The notes under the pieces: generated by a model | The model's database searches: none | Seen by the model: only the letters and a program-made list of their open reading frames with translations | What the model was told of the DNA's origin: nothing | Shown: one piece after another, positions 39,257 through 54,739 of the stretch | Numbering within the stretch: position 1 is the first letter of the stretch | Layout: every line of letters starts with the position of its first letter | NCBI GenBank assembly: GCA_951406725.2 | Contig: OX597838.1 | Location: 45,260,001 to 45,324,000 of the forward strand | DNA: 64,000 nt | Source: Octopus vulgaris | Lineage: Eukaryota | Direction of reading: 5' to 3' | Translations under genes and position numbers: made by a program

Positions 39257-40377
39257 TGGATACAGACACACATATCAGATTGACGTAAATCAGAAAGACT
39301 GATATAATTTAATACAGAACTTTACTGTCAATTATGTGAGTTCAGTGACATTGTAAACGCATTCTTTCTTTGCAAGTTGATGGGCAGAAAAACAAGTTTC
39401 TCGACGGACTGTTCCGCCGTTCTTCAGATAACATATACTTGGCTGCTGTCTTCAATCAATGGCACATATCAGCTGCTGCAGGAAGCTATCAAAGAGTTGG
39501 CGCGCACTCTAATGGACAATGACATTTGCATATGAGCTTTTTGACAGCTCGTCATGTTTTTATACAAAATACTATAATACGGAGTGTTAATTCTACTGTT
39601 GTTGGCTATAATGAAGCATCTATAAACATTCCGTTTCGTGAAGATGCGTGGTCTTGAGGCCAGGGTGCTTCACTCAGGATCGTGTGAGTGTGATTTCGAT
39701 TCCCAGATAGAGTGCTCCGTTGTGTTTTCTTGAGCAAAACGTCTCATTTCATGTTGCACCGATACACACAACTGTAAATTACTAATCCCGCGAGGGTCTG
39801 GCATCCCTTTCAAAGTAATGTTGTGATTTCGTGTCACTTATATGCCATGTAAACTGGGTAACTATTTCTATTAGTCCTGGGACTCGAGTCACAATGTATA
39901 CTATACTCCTTTTCAATGTTAGGGCTACCGTGTACCTTTATCATTATATCAGCTAATAGAATCCGCTCCATTCAGCTGCCATCTTTCATCACACACATTT
40001 TCAACAAGAACATGATAGGCTTTGCTGTTTCTGTTTCTATATTTGTGATAGCTAGTTATGTATTCGTAAAACAGGAATATAAAAATAAGAAAAAGTGGAA
40101 ATTTTACCGGTGAGTGTGTTAACTTATAAGGCACAAACAGAAAATGACTCTCCCCAGACACAACAGAATATGCTTCAACACACGAACTCACATAAAGAAT
40201 CTTGCAAATCAAATCCAAAAACGAAATTAGAATATGATTCATGAGTAAAATCACAAATACTATTAAAATCCAACAGATTACCGTTCACTAAGTAATCTTA
40301 TCATGAATCATGAATTAATGTATTTATGAATTTATCATATTGTCCTTTATTTTTCATACACTCACACACACATACAC

Positions 40378-40418
<41 letters not shown>

Positions 40419-41197
40419 ACATATTCACAAGGAGGCACAAGAGCAAAACTATATGGGAATAGAAGTACTCGAATACTAAGGTTAGAATAATATTCTTTAC
40501 CTGTGTATATATGTATGAATGCAGGAACATGTATGCATATGTACACAACACAAACAGATGTATGTACACGCATAAATGTATATATATATAGACATTTACA
40601 CATTTGCATGTGCATATGAAATTTGGTTTAATATAACACGAACATATACGTTGAGTGAAAGCAGCAACTTCTCACAAGGATTAAATTCGCAAATAGCGGT
40701 CCGTTGTTAATTGACGAGAGTCTTGTCTAAGATAGTGTAGTGTTTTTAATGTGCTGAAAATTGTTGATTTATTTTGACAGGAACACTTACACACACACAT
40801 ATAAGCACTTAAAAACAGGCAGTACACACACTCGCACTCACATTTTTACACAAAAACAAACAATCACTCAATATATGTCGTTCTCGAAATCAAATCTCAG
40901 AATGAAAAATGAAAATTTCATTATCAATTATTAATAAAACTGCGTGAAATTGTTTTAAAAAATGCTGTGCACTCTTACAGATTGTTGAACGTGTGTGCGT
41001 ATGTGCGCATGTGCGTGTGCGTGTGTGTGAGTGTACAAAAAGAGGAAAATGCATACAAACTACATACACAACACATATATACTTACATACATATAAACAT
41101 ATATATATATATCATATATATATATATACATATATATGCATATATATATCATATATATATATACATATATATGCATATATATATGTATGTATGTATG

Positions 41198-41262
<65 letters not shown>

Positions 41263-41287
41263 ATATATGTATATATATATGTATATA

Positions 41288-41408
<121 letters not shown>

Positions 41409-41759
41409 GTAGATGTATGTATTATGTATATATATTCTCTCATGTGCACCACGGATACGGACTTTTCGCATAGATAACTGTCTAAAAAGTTAAGTATCGA
41501 TCAAAAGACATTATCATTATTGAAAACCTATAGAAATACGTTTTCCATGATTTAATTTTTTTTTGCACATTTATTATTCTCCTCATATTTGTATGATTTT
41601 TTTTTTGTATTTATTTGTTACTCTTTAAAAGGATATTCATTAATCACCCCCTCATCCTCATCACTAACCCTAGAAGTAACAACGACGACCATCTCTTCGA
41701 CAATAGCGCACCTTTTCCTTTATGTTTTCGGGTGTTTTTGTTTACAATGTTTCCTTGAA

Positions 41760-41986
41760 TCTCTCTCCCTTCCCTCTCTCTTTTTCTCTTCCTTTCAATG
41801 TCTCACTTTCTCCCCCCTCTCTCTCTCTCTCTTGGCTGTCTTTACCTCTTCGCTTCTTGATGTTCCTTTCAATATGTCTCCCTCTTTCACCTGCACGCTT
41901 TTATTATCTCTGTATTTCTCCCCCTCTCTCTGTCTCTCTGTATTTCACCTCTTTCTCTCTCTCTCACACACACACACTCACTCTTT

Positions 41987-42027
<41 letters not shown>

Positions 42028-42440
42028 CTTCTGGATGTTTTCATAACTCTCCCTCTTTCACTTACATGTTTTCATTCTGTCTGTCTCTCTTTATCTCTCT
42101 CTCTCATTCACTCTCTCTATCTATCTGCCTGTCTATCTATCTGTCACTCTCTCTCTCTCTCTCTCTCTCCCTGACTGTATATTGCACTCACTCCCTTTTC
42201 CTTATAGCGCCTAGATGTTTCTTTTCATCTCTCTCCCTCTTTCACCTACACGCTTTCACTTCTTCTCTCTCTTTTTTATTTATTTTCCTTCCTCTCCTTC
42301 TCCCTCTCTGTCTTTTGCCCACTGTATCTCTCCCCTACTCTCTTTCTCCCTTTCACTGTTTCCTGATGTTTCTTTTCATTCTCTATCACGCTCTCCATTT
42401 CTCTCTCCTCTCTCTTTCTCTCTCTCTCTCGCTCTCCTTG
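41760..42440. repeat. CT-rich polypyrimidine low-complexity tract
   Basis: Degenerate (CT)n; explains the 290-aa SL-rich ORF. Confidence 0.85.
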
Positions 42441-42752
42441 TTTCATTCTATAAAAAAATAATCGATTCTTCTCTCATTTCATTCCGTCTCATTCTCTTCC
42501 TCCACCTCTTCACATACTCTCACTTGTCGCCTACACTTCTCCAAGTTTATATGTATGTCTAATCCATATACCTGTGTGTGTGTGTTCCACTCCACTTTCT
42601 TCCTGCTGTTAAAAACTTTCCGATCGTAGCTTTTCCAATTTTAATCATTATCCCGCTGGTTCTTCCTTTACATTTTGTCAGTTCGAAAATACAAAGAGTG
42701 GGTGGCAGCAGGCTTCACTCACTCTGCAACAAGAACTCTTTAAAGAGACAAT

Positions 42753-42954
<202 letters not shown>

Positions 42955-42999
42955 ATGCTATTAGTAACTTTAGGGATTGCTCGCGCAGTTGCACCACTT

Positions 43000-43237
43000 T
43001 TTATTATTGCGCTGCGGTCATGCTTGAGCAGCGACCTCAAGGGATTTAAGTTGAGCAAATCGGTCCCAGTACTTATCATTTTCTTTAAACCCTTGTTCTT
43101 ATTCTATCAGTTCCTCTTTCTGAAACCCGCATATAAAAAGGCATGTAAACAAAGCAACACCGGTTGTCAGGTGGGATGGGACAAACACGCACACACATTT
43201 ATAAATACACATACATACATACATATATATGTATATA

Positions 43238-43303
<66 letters not shown>

Positions 43304-43494
43304 CATATATATATATACATATACATATATATACACGACAGGCTTTCAGCTTCCGTCTGCTAAATCCACTCACAAGGATTTGGTCGGCTTGAGACTATAG
43401 TAGAAGACACTTGCCCAAGGTGCCACGCAGTGGGACTGAACTTGGAACCATGCGGTTGGTAGCAAACTACTTACCACAGAGCCAATCCTGCGCC
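43000..43494 (-). mobile_element. Decayed SINE family A
   Basis: Head GGCGCAGGATTGGCTCTGTGGTAAG on the minus strand. Confidence 0.75.
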
Positions 43495-43581
<87 letters not shown>

Positions 43582-43992
43582 CATACATATGAATGTATGT
43601 ATGTATAATATAAGGACACTACTAACCTCACTAATATAAATGATGCCACTAATCCGCACTAATCTCAATCAAGTACCACTTTAAATCCTAGTAATCATAT
43701 CTATATTAATTACATCCCTTTCACAACTGTTTACTTCCCTTGCATCCATTTTCTCTTAGATATATGTTTATACCCAACACCGCTTGTTAACCGGTGTTAA
43801 TTCACACTCAGTAACCATCTGTAGCGAAACCGGTTTCTCTTTCTATAAGGATATTTATACATCTTAATATAACTTCAAATCACTTGTTTGTATATACATT
43901 TGTTTTAAAAAGGAAGCCATTACATTCTTTTCTTTGTTTCTTTTTTACTTTTCACTACACACACACACCCACCCACACTCACACACGCACAC

Positions 43993-44052
<60 letters not shown>

Positions 44053-44339
44053 GTACGACAGGCTTTCACAGTATCCGTCCTTTGAATCCCACATAAGGCA
44101 TTCGACCAAGGCCTTAACAACAAACACCAAAAAAAAAAAAACACTAACAAAGAAACAACAATTTCTATTCGAGTGAATTAGCTGTAGAATTTCGTTCCCG
44201 CCTCAACCTAGTTTCTTAAACTAAAGGACATAACACCCAGATTATATAGTTCGTTACACCAACGGCATAGTCATGGATGGAGTGCTGTTGAGTAGAGGCA
44301 AGTCTGCCCGATAGAAAAAAGACGAGGAGCTAAAAAATA

Positions 44340-44625
44340 CCTACTACTACTGCTACTACTGTTGCTGCTGCTTCATCTCGAGCGCGCTCAACTGGTGCAG
44401 CCAGTCGCTGGAGCGCCATTCTACATATTTTTGCAGTCAGCCATCACCCTTGCTCTTTGCTCTCTGCCATACGTAAGAGGGTCGCAGTGTTGTGACTTGT
44501 CCAGTCTTGGATGTTGTCGGTCCAGGATTTTCTCTGTCTACTTTCTACCTTCACCCCACCAGCACCACCTGAATGATTGTTTTAGGATAAAGACTTGTGG
44601 CGGGATACATAACTGTACCAGACAA
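44340..44625 (-). mobile_element. RTE-type LINE 3' fragment
   Basis: Minus-strand translation RQRKSWTDNIQDWT...TLLRMAESKEQ, typical of an RTE ORF C-terminus; (AGT/AGC)n tail. Confidence 0.6.
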
Positions 44626-44840
44626 GCTTTCATCTTTTTTTCAGTCGTTGTTTTTGTTGTTGTTGTTGCTGTTGTTGTCTTCGTCGATTTTGTTGCTGTA
44701 GTTGTTGTCGTTGCAACCGTCGTTTTCGTTGGTATTGTTGTTTGTACCATGTTAGCAGTAAGCGGTTAGAGCTATAAATCCATATTTTTGTATACTTCGG
44801 ACATGTTATTGTCCAATGTATTTGAGACAGCTGGTACGAA

Positions 44841-44910
<70 letters not shown>

Positions 44911-44912
<2 letters not shown>

Positions 44913-45956
44913 GTTTCTTTATTGGCCACACAGGGCTGCACACAGATGGGACAAGTTACAAGGTAGAGCTTTTTGGGGAGAAAAAAAAGGTGGCGTAGGT
45001 TTTCGATCAAAAGGGATCGTAAAAGGAAGAAAAGAACAAAAAAAGAAAAAAAGGAAAAGAAAAAAAAGAAAAAAGGGAAAAAAGAAAAAGAAGAAAAGAA
45101 AAAAAGGAAAAAAGAAAAGAAAAATGAAAAGAGAGAGGAAAAAAACCATCAATAGGGATCGTGTATCACAGTGTCATGATGTATGGTGTAAAGGGGAAGG
45201 CAAGTAAGGTTTATCCGTGGGAAGAAAAGCCTACGAAAAAGACCACGGTAACCCTGGTCAATATTGTTATATGTTACCACATTTGTTTGCAAGTGGGTGA
45301 CCCTCTGTTTTCAATTTCTGGGTTCATAGGATTATGCTCAAGGGAGCTTCGTCATTCATACGTGCCATCCTTACTACATTCACCCATCTTTTTTTAAAAC
45401 GTTCGCTAGACAAAACTTGCCTCTCTACTCTCACTTTCCTTTTCAAGTGGTACTTGAAGAAGTTGATGAGAGGTTGACCAGAGAGGAAAGTGTTTGTCCC
45501 CAATCCTTTCAGATGCGTCCACCAGATACATTCTTTCGCCATAGCCACAAGTATGATGAAAATAGCTCTTTCTTCCCGTTTGAAGGAAGAAGGCGTGACA
45601 ATATTGACGATAGACTCAGCTGATAAACCGACTCGTCCCACACGTGACAGCAGTTGTTCGACATAAGCCCACAGGCCGGAAATTGTTGGACACTGCACGA
45701 GTGCGTGCAGAACGGTTTCGTCGCTCTGACCGCATCTCGGGCAGGTCGGCCCCGTGTTTCTCGAGCCGTGTCCGGGATAAGCTCTACAGGCACGGCTCAA
45801 GAAACACGATGAGTATTAAATCGAGATGCGGTCAGAGCGACGAAACCGTTCTGCACGCACTCGTGCAGTGTCCAACAATTTCCGACCTGTGGGCTTATGT
45901 CGAACAACTGCTGTCACGTGTGGGACGAGTCGGTTTATCAGCTGAGTCTATCGTCA

Positions 45957-45957
<1 letters not shown>
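44911..45957 (-). mobile_element. Tx1-type LINE 3' fragment with inverted duplicated 5' segment (45773-45957), between (GATA)n tracts
   Basis: CPRCGQSDETVLHALVQC zinc knuckle; 3' end CCAATAAAGAAAC-(TATC)n. Confidence 0.85.
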
Positions 45958-45990
<33 letters not shown>

Positions 45991-45991
45991 T

Positions 45992-47640
<1,649 letters not shown>

Positions 47641-50600
47641 CAGAAAGATAATCAGTAGCTGGAAGCAACGCTTGTTTGGAGACGATATCTTTCAGCGTTC
47701 CCATGGCAGCGAGCTGGCAGGATATTTTGCACGCCGAGCAAAATGCTTAGCGGTATATCTTTACGTTTTAAGTTCACATTCCACTAAAATCAACTTTGCC
47801 CTTCATCTTTTCGGGATCGACGAAATGAGTAGCTGTTGTGGAGTGGGGACGATGTAATCGATCTACTCTCTCCCACTGAAACCGCTGGTCTTATGTCGAA
47901 ATTTGGAACCGAGAATTATCAGCCTTCTCACACGGACCGCTTATGCAAATATTGCCGCTGTACGTTTGTTGTTACTGTTACCATTTTTGTTGTTTTGTCT
48001 TTTCCTAGGCGTGAGTAGTCAGGTTTCGTGGCGTAAATAATGGAAATAGTTACAGCCAAGAATCGAAACCTGATCGTAGTCTCTTCTCTTCAGGGTGTTG
48101 CATCTAAACGAACTGTACGCTGATTGGTCGTCTTTAGATATGTGGGTTTCTGAGTCGACAAATTTCATTTATTCATTCATTTTAGTTTGTTCTGCTCGTG
48201 TTCTTTTTTCTTTTGTTGTCATTTTTTCTGCGACTGAAAGAAATAATCAATTTTATTGATCACCACTTCCTTGCAATCAAGTTTGTGTTTTATCGATTAT
48301 GGAAGGCTCATATATAAGACAAAGCTATCTTCAATGGAAATGTAAAACTAGAAACAGAGAAATACAAAATACAAAACACTACACTGCACTTAGTCAATGA
48401 TTCTACCTCCAACTACTTCGATCAAACGTCAGCTTTTATTCGTCATTGGCCTCGTATTGTTTAGAGGTAATTGATGAAATATCCGATAAGTTTTAATAAC
48501 AACACCCAACATTTAATGCTTCGATTAATTCAAGGCCAAATTTGCCTCTTAAACATTACATTCAAATATATATAGTAAGTAAGAGAAGCTTCAATGTCTT
48601 CTTACTCGATTTATTTTTAAGGTAAGACGTAGTAAATACGAGTTTCTTACAATCTGTCTCTTCAAATAGTTGTAAAATGGCTGCTCTGTTTGAAATATCA
48701 CAACGATATTAGAAACAGGAAGAGCATACAGCGAATCGCCATTGTCTCATTTCAGCTTTTCGCTATTTCTTGTTCATCTTATTCTTCTTGATCTGTCAAT
48801 TTGTTTGTTTATTGCTTACTTTCACTTTGTTTTATAATTTTTCCTTATTATTCTGTCTTTAGAAAATGTGTGGTTTGTTTAGGTGTTTGTTATTTTTTAT
48901 TTTTATTCGACAAAACAAACAAACGATTTCTTTACAAAACAAAACATTATTTCATGTATTTAAAATTTGGAGAATTTCCATACTTTGTCTTTTTTCTTTC
49001 TTTCATCATTTTTTTTTTTTTTTTTTTTTTTGTCAAAGTCTACTTGCTCACAGAAATAGCAAAGCAGTTGGGCTGTTTGGAAACGACAAGAAAATACAAG
49101 AAAAGACAAGACAAAACAAGAAAGTAAATGAGGAAAAAGAGAACGAAAGAAAGAATAGGAAGAAGGAAGACAACAAAAAAGGAAGAAAGAAAGAAGGAAA
49201 ATGAACGACAAATAAAAGATAATGGGGAAATGGGAGGTGGTGGGCGCAAATAAAGACGATAAGTAGAAGAATTGCAAGTCGAACAGACGACAGAAAGAGT
49301 TGAGGGTTTGAATAAGTTAAGATGAAATAAGTTAGGAATCGATGTGAGACAGATGAAAAAGGTGAGTGAGAAGCATGCTAGACAATATCGTATAGGATTA
49401 AATATAGTTTGTGTTTCTTTAAAATGTCAATTTTGAAAGAATAATACGTTAGTCGATGTAAGTATAGAACTGAAGCGAGCAAAAAATTAAATTGCCAATG
49501 TCAATTGAAATTCGTAATACATATGTGTGTATGTGTCTGTCTGTCAGATACTGAGTTAGCGTTTACTCACTCTTGCGTATTCTATTAGTTAATAAACGTA
49601 TAGTAAATGCACAACCGAACGGAAAAGAGACATAGAATGGCAAGTTGAAAAAAACATAGTAAATGCACAGACGAACTGAAAATAGACACAGGAAGTCCCC
49701 GACTCCTCATCAGTTATCGGCCAGAGGGTCAAACGCAATTTCGCACCTTTAACGATAATATTGTTTCCCTTCTTTGGTAATCGGTAAGAGCTGCCAGGAA
49801 ATTGGACCGAGACATGACCAAACGAGAACAAACAAACAACAAATTAATAAACAAGCAATACAGAAGTCGACATACGAACATGAATAAATGTAATTTAAGA
49901 TGAGACCGTCAGTGGACGGTTGCGGGTCAAAAACGACATAAATATGCAGAATGTAGTTTTAGGGCCAGATGAAGACTAAGTACTGTTAATGCTAAGAGGG
50001 AAATCCTAAAGAGACGACGAAACGGGTGGAGACTAGAGAAATTACGACCGGTTGCTTCAGCGGCCGGCATAAAGAAAGGAAGGAAAGGAGAAGGAGCGAA
50101 TAAAAAAAGATGACTACAGGTCACGTGTCAGTAGTAGGAAGAAGAGTGTTAACGGAAATAGGAGAAAGAGAACGAGCGCACTTTTCTATCTTCGTTTGAT
50201 GAGATGCTCATGGTTTACATGTCATATGTTGTAATACTACAAATTTTATATTCATTTAGGTTCATTAATTGTACCATCAAAGTAGTGTCGAAACGCACGG
50301 AGCTAAACAAATTCAATACTATAAATTCTATTCTTCGACACAAACACACAGAAAGACACACACATATGCATACACACACATTCATATATAAATAGAAGGG
50401 AAGAGAAAGCGGATGCTCTAAACTAATTAAATAAAACTGTACAGATAATAGATTTCTGTTACATTCTCCCATATACATATATATATATATGTATCAGACA
50501 TTTAATCAAGATACCTTTGGCCTGACGAGTAGCCTGCGGTGTGCATACCGCAGGCTACTCGCTTCGATATTTAACACTTCCGAGTTTCAATCCGCTATGA

Positions 50601-51018
50601 AATATACGCAGCCCGGATCTTATTTACCACATTCCTTTAACCTTTGTATATGTATATGCACACACATATATATATGTATGTACATATATGTATATATGCA
50701 TTTATATATATGCATTCTATGTTATTGATTGATCCCCTGTGTTCCTGTTTGTCGTGTTGGTACAGAATCGATGAGCTTTTACCTTCCTTGAGTTGTCTCC
50801 AATGTTCATTCTCTTGTGGGGGTGCCTTTACCACTATGTTGATATCATCAACATAGCGAGAGTACATGTTTACGAGTATGGAGTTCTGTGTTAGGCGTTC
50901 ATTAAGCCTTCTGTCCCACCATACCATTAAAGGCCAATAAAAACACACGCACTATATATTTGGTGTTATTTTGCTTCAGTGTTATTTATTTTTTACATTA
51001 ATCTTAATCTTATTTCAG

Positions 51019-51058
51019 CCAGAGTTCTTCCGTCACACTCCTGTGACCGCATCAGTGG
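51019..51058 (-). ncRNA. Atypical hammerhead-like motif at the PLE 3' end
   Basis: CCA-CTGATGCG-GTCAC-aggagt-GTGAC-GGAA-GAAC-TC-TGG: stems I and II pair, but the core deviates at A9 and A13. Confidence 0.45.
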
Positions 51059-51310
51059 TCCTTTGTTTTCTTCCTTCTTATCTGTGTCTCTCTTATATTT
51101 CTATTGTATGTCTTCATTTGCTTATATCTCTATGTGCGTCTATGTTTAGTTAGTGGGGGGAGGGGGAATACCTGCAATATTTGTATCTTCTGTTTATATA
51201 CGTCCGTGTAATTTGTTTTTGTTTATTCTTATTTTGTTCATGTGTTTACATCCACTTATTATTATTATTATCATTACGTATGCTTGTATGTATGTATAAC
51301 AACAATACTA

Positions 51311-51344
<34 letters not shown>

Positions 51345-51361
51345 TAATAATAATAATAATG

Positions 51362-51423
<62 letters not shown>

Positions 51424-51428
<5 letters not shown>

Positions 51429-51672
51429 TTCAGACAAATACATAACAAAAACACCAGGACTTACAAATACATAACAAAAACACCAGGACTTACAAACACA
51501 TATAACATACAGAAAATTGCACTACTAGGCACTGCACACATCCTACGCAGAACACTTTCCATACAATAACCATCAGAGCATCACAACAAATCACAGCACA
51601 TACCCAAGGCACACAGAGCTGCGCTCGGTAGTGAAGTGAAAGCACGCTATAAAAATAAAAATAAAACTACTG

Positions 51673-51675
<3 letters not shown>
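51424..51675 (+). mobile_element. 3' fragment of a second Dong/R4-like family in (TAA)n, nested in the PLE
   Basis: KYITKTPGLTNTYNIQKIALLGTAHILRRTLSIQ* parallels the C-terminus VQKIVLMGTAHILRKILSM* of the 13680 element; ~29-bp tandem duplication near its 5' end. Confidence 0.8.
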
Positions 51676-51704
<29 letters not shown>

Positions 51705-53266
51705 ATCAAAAAAATCTTTTAAATTAAACAAAACAAATATTAAAAAAAAGATTTTTTAATAAATAATAAAAATATATATATAAAAAAATTATATAGTTAT
51801 TTATTTCTATTTGTTTATCTGTGTATTTTATTTATTATGTTTTCGGTTTTGTTTATATTGTAACCAGTTTATTGGGATCCTCTACCGTCATATGTTGTGG
51901 TGTCTGCTAGTGTTCCATTCCAGTTTCCTATTCAGGCTAGGTTTATCTTCTATTATGTGTGTAGCTTCTGTAATTTATCTGATTGTTGCATTTGTTCTAT
52001 GTGTGGACAATATTTGAATTTCTATGTTGTTGATTGATCCCCCGTGTTCCTGTTCTGCGTGTTGGTACAGAATCGACGAGCTTTTACCTTCCTTGAGTTG
52101 TCTCCTATGCTCATTTACCCGCTCTCCTATGCTTCTTGCCGTTTCCCCTACGTATGTCGTTGTCTTGTTACTGCATCGTCCCTCTATACATCTTATACTA
52201 TAGACTACATTTCTGGCTTTACAGTTTGTTTGCTAAATCTACATACAGTACAGTACTTATCCGTACAGGGGATTCTACTAAAAGGGTAGGTTCTACCGAT
52301 TATAGATTTGATAGGGTTGCTTGGCTTTTCAACAACCTTAATCCTTAGCTTAAGTTTGTCTAGGGTCCTTCTAAAGCGGTACGCCAGTTCACCTCCAGGG
52401 GTGGTGTCAACGAACATGACACTCTGGTATTTATGGCTATCATAGCAAGAGTTGGCCTTCCCTATTTTCTTTTTTGTCCTTTCTATAGTGTTCCATGACT
52501 TGTTCCTATAGAGTGGGCAAATCCCATTCCTATTATTACATAATATATCAAATTTCTTCATGGCTCCTTTGTATACTCTGATCCTTTCTTTATGGCTGTA
52601 ACCTGAGAACTGTATGTGGTGAATGAAATATTGTATGTGTCCCTTTTAACTCTGTAGGCTCGCACATGCGTGACACATTTCTCATTATTCTGACGAGGTT
52701 TGCCGTCAAAATATTGAATTTGGCATTGTCCGCAATGGCTGAGTTCCGGTGGATCAAGTATTTTGAAGCCATAGGTTTGGCATATTACGAATGAAGGATT
52801 TAGGTTTTATTATTTACAGTTTCTAGCCAAAGTTCTGTCTAGTGCTAGTAGTCTATGGTTGGGGTGTTTAGTGGGGTAGTCTATTGTGACCTTAATACTC
52901 TGGTGGATGGAGTTAGCTATTTGCTGGATGCTCTCCATAGTATTAGTTTCTATTACTATATCAGCAGTACTCTCTTGTGGGGGTGCCTTTACCACTATGT
53001 TGATATCATCAACATAGCGAGAGTACATGTTTACGAGTATGGAGTTCTGTGTTAGGCGTTCTTTAAGCCTTCTATCCCACCATACCATGAAAAGGTTGGC
53101 CACATCACCAGCGATACTAACGCCGATGGCTTATCCCTCGTCCTGGGCATATATTTTATTGTTAAACTTAAACGTGTGGCCTTTTAGGGTAACTCTTATA
53201 CTAACTCCTAGTGCATGTGCGATCATTTTCTTTACCTGATGGACATTTGCGTGATGGACATTTATA

Positions 53267-53302
<36 letters not shown>

Positions 53303-53369
53303 TGTATGTATGTATGTATGTATGTATGTGTGTATGTATGTATGCATGTATGTGTATTATTTATATTAT

Positions 53370-54135
53370 CATATGATTGAACGCCATATTGTGTTGTATT
53401 GTGTGATGTAGTGCATCGCAGTTACTTGCTGTTGCATATGAATGTTCAGCTGTTGGGAGAATATCATACTAGTTGCAGCCGTGAAGATTATAACTTTTAT
53501 ATTTGCAATCAAATATATAAACCACAAGGAAATTAGTCGTAGATTATTTTCAAGTTTCTTATACATGAGTGTATTTGTAATATTTTATTACAATCTTTAT
53601 GGATTGGAGCAGTAAATTGTGTGTAGTGTTTCATGAAGTTTTTTTCTAATGTGTCTATTCCATTTGATTCATATAATACACTTTTTGTGAGATTTGTTTG
53701 ATTTGAGCCGGTGTAGTGTCTGACGCATTTACTGTGTTGAATTTTTGCTTTACATTCTATGACCTTGTACCATTATTCAGTTTAACTAACCGTTCTTGAC
53801 TTGCATTTGTTTCATACTGTATGTTTTATAGATTCTGTAGCTACGTCTATTTACTTTGTCGATTGAGGAGGAAAGTTTAAATGTTCTTTTACGTAGATTT
53901 CACTACACACTGATAATTTGTATACATGTTGATATTTCATTGTTTGCCTGTAAGTAGAGATATAGTGATTTGTTTGGAACAAAATAATTCAAACTGTATT
54001 ATTCGTGGTTAAAAAACGGGTTATTGTCGAGCCCGGAGTGATATTTGTACAGTTCTGCAAGCTGGATTCTAGTGCGGTATTCTATTCCTGTCCTTCCGTT
54101 TATTTCTCGACATCTTCTAGTGTGTCCTTTATGAT
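53370..54135 (-). mobile_element. Highly decayed PLE-like fragment (possible GIY-YIG remnant)
   Basis: Minus-strand IECKAKIQHSKCVRHYTGSNQTN resembles the second GIY-YIG motif; many stops. Confidence 0.35.
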
Positions 54136-54186
54136 GAACATTCATGTATACATATAGACAATGCATGCATATATTCATCTGAACAC

Positions 54187-54217
<31 letters not shown>

Positions 54218-54224
54218 CGCACAC

Positions 54225-54255
<31 letters not shown>

Positions 54256-54699
54256 CGCATATATCTGAATATATCCTTTTTTACTTGTTTCAGTGCACCA
54301 GTATATATATATGTTTACAGCCATACATACAATGTAGGTGTGAGAATGTATCTATGTGTTTCTTGCTGTTATACGTCTATCTACAGGTAATTACGCATGA
54401 ATCTATGGAAAATTGTCTTCCGAAGAGGAAAGTCTGGAGGGGATCCCATTCACCAGCATATTACCATAATCAAGTTAATGAATTAAAAATTTTAATTGGG
54501 CGAGTTGTCTTCCAGATTCTTAGATAATTAGCTTTTATTATTAACTAAACTCTGTAGTTGGAGATGGACGTTGAAGTTTTATTATTCCAAACAAGATGCA
54601 TAAAACTCACGTGAGAGTAGGAAATCGAGAATGCGCTAAAAATAAAAGACAAAACTACAACATATCTGAGTTTTCAATAAATGTTTAAGAGGAATAACG

Positions 54700-54739
<40 letters not shown>

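Larger units (their letters stand above)
50715..53240 (-). mobile_element. Second PLE family, decayed: RT C-terminal half, GIY-YIG, 3' UTR/pLTR and a deleted tandem fragment
   Basis: YSRYVDDINIV, HRNSA, SVMFVDTTPGGELA, PCTDKYCTVC, then NCKARNVVYSIRC...YVGETARSIGERVNEH in a shifted frame (about 51890-52225). Confidence 0.85.

Noticed and set aside
39370-39540. Possible host exon (two short open frames, ATTTGCAT octamer)
   Set aside because: No recognisable domain or clear splice pair; cannot be supported from sequence alone.
43795-43845. GCGAAACCGGTT hammerhead 3' half (similar half-motifs at about 24030 and 55745 on the minus strand)
   Set aside because: No matching CUGANGA with stem I and stem II partners found nearby.
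49690-49715. CTGATGA-GGAGTC...GACTTCC on the minus strand as a hammerhead
   Set aside because: No GAAA or stem III follows the hairpin.
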